From a virus: a stretch of 64,000 nt of DNA. A model generated the notes under the pieces. The model was not told the origin of the DNA. It worked only from the letters and a program-made list of their open reading frames with translations, and ran no database searches. Of this stretch, positions 1-11,709 are shown piece after piece. The DNA lies in IMG/VR virus record IMGVR_UViG_3300036768_001490, positions 118,720-182,719 of that record, one strand, 5' to 3'. Numbering within the stretch: the first letter of the stretch is position 1; each line of letters starts with the position of its first letter. Made by a program: the position numbers and the translations under genes.

Positions 1-44
1 TCGGGATGCCTATAAAACATGGTAGCGGGACGAGTGCCAAAATC

Positions 45-80
45 AAGAGGTTCGCGCCAGAAATCCGGCGCGAACCTCTT
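45..80 (-). terminator. Hairpin with perfect 14-bp inverted repeat downstream of the 1266-aa ORF; probable terminator
   Basis: AAGAGGTTCGCGCC (45-58) / GGCGCGAACCTCTT (67-80), followed on the minus strand by GATTTT; 53 bp after the stop at 133. Confidence 0.6.
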
Positions 81-132
81 CTCGCCGCATGGGACAATGA
101 CTTCCTTCCGTCTGCCACGCCCGCAGCCAGCC

Positions 133-3933
<3,801 letters not shown>

Positions 3934-4055
3934 GCTTACCTTCCCGGGACAGGATGGCCAGAAGTGTCAGGAGACATCATCACTGTCGCCAGGCCAGGGA
4001 CAGCAGCAGGGATGGTGGGAGGGCTGGCAGCCATCCCACCATCCCTGCCACGTTC

Positions 4056-6725
4056 CTAGCGACGGCCGCCACTTGCCAGCTGGGCCAGCGCCTGGGCATT
4101 GGCGGACACGCGGTCGCCGATGGAGCCTATCGCTCCGCCGAGCGTGCCGCCGGCCAGAATGCCTGGCAACAGGCGGAGCAGGGCCCCATACCTTCCTCCT
4201 AACCGACCACCGCCGACCGGCAGCCGTTGCAAGTGGCGTGGCAAGTTGCTCAGTCCCTGGGACGCCCGCAGGTAGGCGTTGCGCATGGCGGGCATGGCAG
4301 TTCTGGCAGGACTCAACAGGTGCTGGGCACCGGCACCGATCATGGAACCGATAGCGGCGCCGCCAATGCCGATGGGGCCGATGCCCTGGTCGTCAACTGC
4401 CTGGGGTTGCTGCTGCGCCGGGGCTGTCTGCGTGCCGAAGAAGAGCGCCTTCTTCGTCATCCGTTCCAGTTCCTTGGCGCCACGGCTGACAGGCCCCGTG
4501 AAGGTGCGCTGCTTCGTGTACCGCAAGCGCGGTCTCGAAGGGAGGACATCCAAATCGGAATCCTCCTCATCGGCCTTCTTGGCCCAGGCCACCGTGCTGC
4601 GCGCTATCTTGGTCGCCAGCACGCCGCGCTGCTCGCCATTCAGGTGAGGATAGGCGGACCGGATCGCCCGCGTCAGCGACTTGCCGGCTAGCAGCTCGCT
4701 CTGGAGCTTGCGCACCTGCGCCGCCTTCTCCAGCGGCAGAACCCGGCAGATGTCATCCAGGTGGCTGCACATCAAACAGGCCGCCTGCTGCCGCACCAGG
4801 TCGCTCGCCTTCTTGACGACCGCCGAGCGCATGGCGTTCAACAGCAAGTCAGAAGCCCGCTTCTGCCGCCGCCGACGCCGGAGAAGGCGACCGATGCCGT
4901 AACCCGCCGAACCACCAGCACCCAGAAGACCGCCGCCAATTATCAAGGCGCGCGCTACCGGGTCCATCGACTCCCAATTCTTCTGGGCACTGTCCAGCAA
5001 GGGTGCAACACGCTCAGCGTAAAAGGCAGGGATGTCCTTCTCCACGAGCCCCCTGGCCCTCTCCTGCATCGCCTGCCAGCCCTCCTGAAGAGGAGCGCCA
5101 AACTGATTATACAGTTTCCGCAGCCAGCCAGGCTCTTCCTCCACATTGCTTGTCGTCGCACCACTGCCTGCAGCCGCACCACTGCCTGCAGACGCATCGC
5201 TCGCTGCGGCCGCATCGCTTGCCGCCGCAGCCGCATCGCCCGCTGCCTTCACGCCTCTTCTCTTGCGCAGACGCCGGAGAAGACGGCTGAGGCCGTAACC
5301 CGACGCACCGCCAGCACCCAGAAGTCCGCCACCAACTATCAAGGCGCGCGCCAACGGGTCTAGCGACTCCCAATTCTTCTGGGCACTGTCCAGCAAGGGC
5401 GAAACACTCTCTGTGTAAAAGGCAGGGATGTCCTTTTCCACGAGCCCCCTGGCTCTGTCCTGCACCGCCTGCAAGCCCTCATTAAACCTGTTCACCAGGG
5501 GAGCGCCATGCTGCTCATACAGTTTCCGCAGCCAGCCAGGCTCTTCCTCCACGTTGCTTGTCGCCGCACCACTGCCTGCGGCCGCACCACTGCCTGCGGC
5601 CGCACCACTGCCTGCGGCCGCATCGCTTGCCGCCGCAGCTGCATCGCCCGCTTCCTTCTCGCCTCTTCTCTTGCGCCGGCGCCGGCGCTCTATCAGGCGA
5701 TCCAGGCCGAAGCCGGCCAGGCCGCCAGCTCCCAGAAGTCCGCCGCCAATCAGCAGGGCACGGGTGGTCGGGTCCAGCTTGTCCAGCCCCAGTCTGCTCC
5801 CCAGACGGGACAGCCAGTTCAGACTACCGGAGTCATCAGGCGCTGTAGGCAGAGTTAGCAAGCTCTTCAGGCGGCGGAGATGCTCATCCTTGATAGGAGA
5901 CGAAGCTAGCCCGCGATTCAGACGGTGGATAGACTCAGCAGCCGCGATAGGAGGAGAAGTTAGCCAGCGACTCAGGCTGCGAGAGAGAGGACCAATATAA
6001 CTATTATCATTGGTAGGAGGCGAAAGTAGCTGGCTCTGCAGTTGCTCAATGTTCTTCAGATTGCGGCTAAACTCATCTCCGACAGAATCCTGAGACGGAG
6101 GAGGTATCTGGCGTCGCAGGTTGCGGAAAAGCCCAAGATTATCATTATTGTTAGAAGGCGAACTATCATCCTTGGTAGGAGAAATTAGCCAGCGCTGCAG
6201 GTGCTGCAGGTTGCGGAGAGGCTCCTCCTCAGCAAGAGGCTGAGGCGGAGCTAGATATTTCCTCATGTAGCCGCTGAGAGATGAATCAATAGGCTCTCCA
6301 CGGGAAGGCGCGGCCATCTTTTGGAACCAAAGACGGCGCACCGCCGGCACGGTCGTCTCGTACAGCTCCTGGAGTCTCCTAGCCCCCAGGGAAGAACCGG
6401 AACCACCGGCCACCCCGGCCCTCTTCTCTCTTCTCCGTGCGTCCATGTCGATCCTCCGTCTGACGCCGGCGGACGTGCCGGCAGGAAACGTCTCCATGCC
6501 AGCCACTCCCCGGGCCGGCCCACCCAGCGCCGCCATGTCCGGCGCACCGTCCACGGCGCTGCACCTCTTCTCCCTCCCCTTCCCGTTCCCCTTCCCGTTC
6601 CCCTTCTTCTGGCCAACGCGCTCCGGCAAGTCCGCGTCGTCCGGGGTATGGGCCTCCCAGCGCCGCGCCATCTCCGGATCGTTGGCCCACATCCAGCGGC
6701 GCTGCGCCTCGCTACGAAAAGGCAT
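4056..6725 (-). CDS. Large modular, probably virion-associated protein (~889 aa) with an internal duplication
   Basis: Likely start MPFRSEAQRRWMWANDPEMARRWEAHTP (an N-terminal motif I recognise from other phage proteins) at 6725; duplicated ~135-aa module; nine K-x-A motifs; glycine zippers. Confidence 0.75.
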   Translation of the reverse strand: MPFRSEAQRRWMWANDPEMARRWEAHTPDDADLPERVGQKKGNGKGNGKGREKRCSAVDGAPDMAALGGPARGVAGMETFPAGTSAGVRRRIDMDARRREKRAGVAGGSGSSLGARRLQELYETTVPAVRRLWFQKMAAPSRGEPIDSSLSGYMRKYLAPPQPLAEEEPLRNLQHLQRWLISPTKDDSSPSNNNDNLGLFRNLRRQIPPPSQDSVGDEFSRNLKNIEQLQSQLLSPPTNDNSYIGPLSRSLSRWLTSPPIAAAESIHRLNRGLASSPIKDEHLRRLKSLLTLPTAPDDSGSLNWLSRLGSRLGLDKLDPTTRALLIGGGLLGAGGLAGFGLDRLIERRRRRKRRGEKEAGDAAAAASDAAAGSGAAAGSGAAAGSGAATSNVEEEPGWLRKLYEQHGAPLVNRFNEGLQAVQDRARGLVEKDIPAFYTESVSPLLDSAQKNWESLDPLARALIVGGGLLGAGGASGYGLSRLLRRLRKRRGVKAAGDAAAAASDAAAASDASAGSGAAAGSGATTSNVEEEPGWLRKLYNQFGAPLQEGWQAMQERARGLVEKDIPAFYAERVAPLLDSAQKNWESMDPVARALIIGGGLLGAGGSAGYGIGRLLRRRRRQKRASDLLLNAMRSAVVKKASDLVRQQAACLMCSHLDDICRVLPLEKAAQVRKLQSELLAGKSLTRAIRSAYPHLNGEQRGVLATKIARSTVAWAKKADEEDSDLDVLPSRPRLRYTKQRTFTGPVSRGAKELERMTKKALFFGTQTAPAQQQPQAVDDQGIGPIGIGGAAIGSMIGAGAQHLLSPARTAMPAMRNAYLRASQGLSNLPRHLQRLPVGGGRLGGRYGALLRLLPGILAGGTLGGAIGSIGDRVSANAQALAQLASGGRR
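4872..5780 (-). repeat. Direct repeat of ~400 bp (two full copies plus a partial third) containing 18-bp GSGAAA microrepeats
   Basis: NVEEEPGWLRKLY...RARGLVEKDIPAFY...LLDSAQKNWES.DP.ARALI.GGGLLGAGG occurs twice; DPTTRALLIGGGLLGAGG is the partial third copy; GCCGCACCACTGCCTGC(G/A) occurs in tandem. Confidence 0.9.
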
Positions 6726-6753
6726 GACTGGTTCTCCCTTCCTGTCGGCGCAA

Positions 6754-7281
6754 CTATCCTTCACCCCTACCTGCCGCTTCCTTATCCCCGCCCTCTCCGT
6801 CCCGGAGGAAAAATCGGAGGCAGCGCTCCTCGGTGCCGGCCGGCAGGACGCCCCGGAACCGGTCCAGATAGGACAGCAAGGCCCCACGGAGAAGCTGACG
6901 GTCCACGGAAACGTGGACCTCCTGGTCCTCGTCGGTGCCCAACGTCAGACGGTAACGGCCGGTAGGGACCACTACCCCGGCAGCGGGACAGCGCAGGAAC
7001 TGCCGCGCGCACAGGATGCGGAACAGACCGCCGCGCGTGTGCAGGGCGAGCGAGTTCTCCACCCACTCCGAGGACCAGCCGTCCGGGCCAGAGGAGACCG
7101 GCGGCGCCGCGTCCGTCTCTGCCTCGGACAGGAACCCTTCCAGATAGGCCACGCCAGCAAGCACCTGGCGCAGGCCGAACGCCAGCTCGGGGTGGTCTGT
7201 CTCCCGGAGTAGACCGTCCGCAAGTAGCAGCAGGCGCCGCAGCTCGCCACGGGACGGAAAGTTGGCGGGCAACACCGGCAT
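6754..7281 (-). CDS. Hypothetical protein (175 aa)
   Basis: ORF with GGAGGAAAGG RBS; collinear with neighbours. Confidence 0.65.
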   Translation of the reverse strand: MPVLPANFPSRGELRRLLLLADGLLRETDHPELAFGLRQVLAGVAYLEGFLSEAETDAAPPVSSGPDGWSSEWVENSLALHTRGGLFRILCARQFLRCPAAGVVVPTGRYRLTLGTDEDQEVHVSVDRQLLRGALLSYLDRFRGVLPAGTEERCLRFFLRDGEGGDKEAAGRGEG

Positions 7282-7398
7282 GGCCTTTCCTCCATGAAAC
7301 AGCCAGCCAGCATTATCTCGTTTTAACGGGTGTCACGCCAGGCGGACCTGGGGGCTCCGCCCACGATGGGATCCAACCCACATCACCCATCATCCACC

Positions 7399-7851
7399 TC
7401 AACGGGGCGTCCACGGAAGAGAAGGAAAAGTGGAAACGTTGCCTTCCAGAGTGTCTTGTCCAGGGGCGTCGCTGCCCGTCACGGCGATGGCATGGCACTC
7501 CTGCATGGTGCCAGGGACGTGAGTACCCGGGCAGATCACCAGCGTGTCGTTGTTGGACAGCCGGACGCCGTGGTTGAAGTCCACGAAGAAGTTCTCCACG
7601 ACACGGTTCCTCTGCAAGAAGTCGCTCGCCCAGGACAGAAAAGCGCCGACCGGGGCAGAGGCCAGCTCGCGGGCCAGGTCCAGCGCCTGCGGCTGCGGTC
7701 CCTCCATCCAGCGGCGAGCCGCCGCCTCCCTGTGCTCCTCCACGTACCGGTCCCACAGGTACTGAAGCAGATGGGGCAGACTAGCCTGCCTGCGGGGGAC
7801 GCCGCCATCGCCAGCAGAAGTGATAGGATGGATCGAAGCAGATGGGAACAT
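7399..7851 (-). CDS. Hypothetical protein (~150 aa)
   Basis: ORF; start placed at MFPSAS downstream of AGAAAGGAA to avoid overlap with the oxygenase gene. Confidence 0.55.
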   Translation of the reverse strand: MFPSASIHPITSAGDGGVPRRQASLPHLLQYLWDRYVEEHREAAARRWMEGPQPQALDLARELASAPVGAFLSWASDFLQRNRVVENFFVDFNHGVRLSNNDTLVICPGTHVPGTMQECHAIAVTGSDAPGQDTLEGNVSTFPSLPWTPR

Positions 7852-7903
7852 AGGCCATTTCCTTTCTGAACTTCTCTGGAACTTCTCCGGGTCAGAGTGA
7901 GGG

Positions 7904-8527
7904 TCAGACCGTCTCGTCGCTGCCCTCGCAGTCGAAAAAGTACATCTGCACCAGCCGGCCATTATCGACACGGGTGCCAAAGTAGCGGTTGCCAGCATGG
8001 CACAGACGCGCGTTCCAGATGGCCAGACGGTTGTACACGTTGCCAATGACGTCCACCACCTCCCAGGCCGTAGGGTCCAGCAGCTTGTCCTCGTACATCT
8101 GCCGCTGGGCCAGCGCCAGCGGAATGCGGCGCAAGCGGGCGGACTCCTCCGGCGTGCGGCCGCCCGTCGCCCGGGAGCGGACTAGCACCGTGCCAGCCTC
8201 CGGCGGCGCCTGCGGCGTCAGATAGATCACGGCGGCGTAACTCTGCGCGTCGCTGTGGTAGACAACCTGGTCGCCGCCCAGCGACACCTGGAAGCAGCCG
8301 TTGAAGCCGTGCTCCTCCCAGCGCGTGATCTTCCGACCCAGGTAATGCTCAAAGCGCTCCTTGACGCCCGGCCACAGGAAGCGCTGCTCGGAGCGCTGCA
8401 CCTTGTACTGGGCATGGTTGCGGACGTAGCGCTGCCGCAGGGCCAGGGCTCGCACCGCGTCCGGGTCGGCCAGAAAATCGTCCACGATGACCAGGTTGGG
8501 GCGTGGCTGGTTCAGCTGCGGCGTCAT
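7904..8527 (-). CDS. 2OG-Fe(II) oxygenase, DUF6445-like phage family
   Basis: VIVDDFLADPDAVR, H-x-D (YHSD), AAVIYLTP, NVYNRL, distal H (LCHAG) and R-x-x-Q-x-x-FF; ATGA overlap with the tubulin stop. Confidence 0.85.
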   Translation of the reverse strand: MTPQLNQPRPNLVIVDDFLADPDAVRALALRQRYVRNHAQYKVQRSEQRFLWPGVKERFEHYLGRKITRWEEHGFNGCFQVSLGGDQVVYHSDAQSYAAVIYLTPQAPPEAGTVLVRSRATGGRTPEESARLRRIPLALAQRQMYEDKLLDPTAWEVVDVIGNVYNRLAIWNARLCHAGNRYFGTRVDNGRLVQMYFFDCEGSDETV

Positions 8528-9801
8528 GCAACCCCCAGATGACGTGCCGGCGAAGAGACAGACAGACCCCCCGAGAGCATGCCCGCCTTGCGGGCCAGCT
8601 CCTGCAAGCGGTCGTGCGGCGGGTCAAGCTCCGAGATCATGGTGTAACACTGCAAACCATCGTCGTCGCCCGGGTAGATGCCGCGGTGGATGACGGTGGG
8701 GCGGCCGTCCCCCTCCGGGTAGGCGGAGCCGACAATGCGGTCCAGCATGGTGAAGCCGGCGGCAAAAAAGTCCTTGCTGAAGGTGTGCAGCACCTCCCGG
8801 CTCCCCACGAACACGCAGGCCGCCTTCCTGCCCGTGCGCAGGTCCACCTGGGCCAGGACGCTCTCGGCCAGCTGCTCGCGGATGGCCGTGGAGATGTCCG
8901 CCGGCCCCTGGACCCGGTCCAGGGGAATGTCCGCCGAGCCCATGACGACTACGCCGCCGTCCAGCAGCTGGGCCAGCTCGCTGCGGTCAAAGGTGATGTA
9001 CGGGCTCTTGCAGGCCGCCAGCTGGTTGAACAGGTGAAGCAGCCGGCTGACCAAGAAGTTGCTTTTGGGCAGCAGCTCGCCCATCGCCGGCTGGTACAGG
9101 GAATGCACACGGTCATTGTCAATGACAACCAGAGGGCTGACCCGGTCGGCCAGCAGCTCGCGGAAGGCCGCGACCGCGTTGCGACAGACCGTCTGGCCCT
9201 CGTCCACGGACGGCAAGGACACCAGCGCGCCGACACGCGGCGTCTGACCCTTGCTCTCCATGTACTTCCGGGCCAGCCGAACCAGTGGCAGCGCTGTCCC
9301 CGAGCCCGTGCCGCCGCCCAGGCCGACACAGATCAAGGCATAGTCCAGGTCGTTGCCCCAGGCGCGCTGGAAGAGTTCCCAGACCTCCTCGTCGCGGCCA
9401 GCGAGCGCCTGCCGCGCCCGCTGCATGTCCTTCATGGCGCCGCCGGTGCCAAGGGACAGCAGGGGCACCTTGGGGTCGATGCCGTCACTGTCCTGGTCGG
9501 TCGTGTTGAAGGTGCCAACGCGACGGTAGCCCAGCTCCCAGAAAGCGTGGGCCATGCGCCCACCCCCCTGGCCGGTGCCCACGAAGGCCAGACGGAAGGC
9601 CGTGTCGTAGGGGAAGGAGTCGTGGATGACGACCTGGCGGGCCGCCGGCCGGTGCGCGGCCGGGCTCAGGCGGGACGCCAGGTTGCCGAGGCCGACAGGC
9701 GCGGCCGCCGGCCCACTCTTCACCCCTCCTCCTCCCTTTCCTCCCTCTTTCCTCCCCGCCGCGGCGGACGGAGACTGCCGTGGTGTCCTGTCAGCAGCCA
9801 T
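8524..9801 (-). CDS. Tubulin/FtsZ-superfamily GTPase (PhuZ/TubZ/CetZ-like)
   Basis: FVGTGQGGGRM, signature GLGGGTGSG, VVIDN and T7-like FDRSEL; strong RBS AAGGAGG before MAADRT. Confidence 0.9.
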   Translation of the reverse strand: MAADRTPRQSPSAAAGRKEGGKGGGGVKSGPAAAPVGLGNLASRLSPAAHRPAARQVVIHDSFPYDTAFRLAFVGTGQGGGRMAHAFWELGYRRVGTFNTTDQDSDGIDPKVPLLSLGTGGAMKDMQRARQALAGRDEEVWELFQRAWGNDLDYALICVGLGGGTGSGTALPLVRLARKYMESKGQTPRVGALVSLPSVDEGQTVCRNAVAAFRELLADRVSPLVVIDNDRVHSLYQPAMGELLPKSNFLVSRLLHLFNQLAACKSPYITFDRSELAQLLDGGVVVMGSADIPLDRVQGPADISTAIREQLAESVLAQVDLRTGRKAACVFVGSREVLHTFSKDFFAAGFTMLDRIVGSAYPEGDGRPTVIHRGIYPGDDDGLQCYTMISELDPPHDRLQELARKAGMLSGGLSVSSPARHLGVA

Positions 9802-9866
9802 GTAGCTTGCTCCTCCTTGACTCTCTAACTTGCAACTCGCCATGCCTCCCCGCTGCCGAACTCCCG

Positions 9867-10928
9867 TCATGCCGTCCAGACGGCGGACCACAGCTCATTG
9901 AAGCGCCGCCGGTGCTCGTCCAGATGCCACGGCTGCTGCTGCAAGCGCAGCAACGTCCACTTGTCGGCCAGCACCTCCGCGCAGGACGACAGGGACTGGC
10001 CGAAGGAAGGCACTGCCACGGGCGCCTGGGACGGGCCGGTGCGGACCTCGCAGGGCACCAGCACTCCGTTGATCCCCGGGGCAATCAGCTCGCTGTACGG
10101 CTCCACGTCATAGGCGATGCACGCCGCGCCGCAGGCCAGAGCGCGTGTGACGTGGATGCCAAAGTCGCTGCGCACGCCGGCGACAAACACCCAATCGTGA
10201 CGGTGCAGCTCGCGGACCTGCTCCACCAGGTTGGCGGCCAAGCGCACGTGGCGGAAGCGGTGGCCCCAGCGGCTGGCCAGGCGCTTGATCTGCCGCCGGT
10301 CCTGCCGCGCCCAGGACTTGAGAGACAGCAGCGTGATCTCGACCTTCTGGTGCAGCCCCAACAGGTCATCGGCCAGCTGAAGGAGCAGCGGGCCGCTGAA
10401 GTCAATGGCAGCCGCATCGCACAGGAAACAGACGCGCAGGACGGCGTCCGCCACCGTGCCGTCACGCTGCACGCTCGGCAGACCAGACTCCCACTTGCAC
10501 CAGGTCAACTTGCTGCTGTCCACGTCCCTCCGGCCAGCAAAGGCCAGCGTCCGCAAACGGTCGCAACAAACCTTGCTGGGGCAGACCACATGGTCGTACA
10601 GCGCCACTGACTCCACGTCCGCCGGCCGCAACGCATGCCAGCACGGCACCAGCACCTGCCGCGCCTTCTCCGCCACCAGCTGGGTCTGCCGCCGGACCTC
10701 CGGGTCGCAGACAAAGTGGGTGACAGCCATGCACCCCCGCACTGCCCGGTACAGGCCGTCGCCCTTGCCCGACAAGACCCGCTGGTCCCAAAAGGAGTGA
10801 ATGCCGGCCTCGTGCCGTCCGACCGCCACGAGACGGACCGTGAGTCCCAGCGAGATCCCCAGGTCTGCCAACCGGATCGCTGCCGCGGTGGCCTCGCAAC
10901 GGCCATAGGGCGCGACAATCCCGATCAT
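9867..10928 (-). CDS. Glycosyltransferase, GT-B fold (GT4-like)
   Basis: C-terminal SDFGIHVTRALACGAACIAYDVEPYSELIAPGINGVLV matches the GT4 E/D-x-FG...A-x-A-x-G motif; ATGA overlap with the GT2 stop. Confidence 0.75.
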   Translation of the reverse strand: MIGIVAPYGRCEATAAAIRLADLGISLGLTVRLVAVGRHEAGIHSFWDQRVLSGKGDGLYRAVRGCMAVTHFVCDPEVRRQTQLVAEKARQVLVPCWHALRPADVESVALYDHVVCPSKVCCDRLRTLAFAGRRDVDSSKLTWCKWESGLPSVQRDGTVADAVLRVCFLCDAAAIDFSGPLLLQLADDLLGLHQKVEITLLSLKSWARQDRRQIKRLASRWGHRFRHVRLAANLVEQVRELHRHDWVFVAGVRSDFGIHVTRALACGAACIAYDVEPYSELIAPGINGVLVPCEVRTGPSQAPVAVPSFGQSLSSCAEVLADKWTLLRLQQQPWHLDEHRRRFNELWSAVWTA

Positions 10929-11689
10929 GCCCGCCACTTCTTCCGTAACCACTGTCCACGACGGTACTTGTCCCCCCGCGTCACCGACCGGTAATGGAAC
11001 ACGAAGCTGCCAGGGCAGAAGCCGGCCCGCAGACCAGCGGCCCGCCAGCGCTGCTGCAACTCGTACTCCTGCAAGGTCATGAGTGGGGTCGGGTTCCTCT
11101 GCCCCCGCGCATTGGTGTCGTTGCGCGGCCGAAACGGCTGGCCGTCCGCGTAGCAGTGGTCCCACCAGGTCCGCGTCCTGGCCAGCAGACAGAAGCCGTT
11201 CAGGCGCCCCGCCACGCACAACAGGCCGTGCCGGGCGCGCAGGCGGGCAGCCGTCTCGGCAATGTCCTCTTCCCGGTCGGACGGGACGTAACCATCCAGC
11301 CAGCGGCGGACCTCCTGCGCCGCCTCGCTGCCCGGGGCGTTGCTGACCGGACCGGCCAGGTCCAGGTTTCCAGCAGACAGGTGGTGCAGCAGTGGCTCGC
11401 ACCAGCCCGGAGAAAACAGCACGTCGCTGTTGGTCACGCAGGTAAAGGTGCAGTCCGCCTCCCGGGCCAGACGCAATCCCGCGTTCCAGGCGGCCGTCAG
11501 GCCCGAATTACGGGACAGACGGAGGAAGACCGTGGACGGCAGGTTCGCCGGCCGCGGCTCCTCGCTGGCATCGTCCACCACCACGACCTCCGCCGGCACC
11601 GGCCGCGTGTGCCGGAGGGCAGACTGGATAGCATCCTGGGCGTAGTCCCAATGGTTGTAGACCGGGATGACAATGCCCAGCTTGTCCAC
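10925..11689 (-). CDS. Glycosyltransferase, family 2 (GT-A fold)
   Basis: LGIVIPVYNH, VVVVDDAS, NSGLTAAWNAG, VTNSDV, GPVSN, LNGFC, FVFHYRS; GTG start after AAGGAGG. Confidence 0.9.
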   Translation of the reverse strand: MDKLGIVIPVYNHWDYAQDAIQSALRHTRPVPAEVVVVDDASEEPRPANLPSTVFLRLSRNSGLTAAWNAGLRLAREADCTFTCVTNSDVLFSPGWCEPLLHHLSAGNLDLAGPVSNAPGSEAAQEVRRWLDGYVPSDREEDIAETAARLRARHGLLCVAGRLNGFCLLARTRTWWDHCYADGQPFRPRNDTNARGQRNPTPLMTLQEYELQQRWRAAGLRAGFCPGSFVFHYRSVTRGDKYRRGQWLRKKWRA

Positions 11690-11709
11690 ACCCACGCGCC
11701 TCCTTGGTC

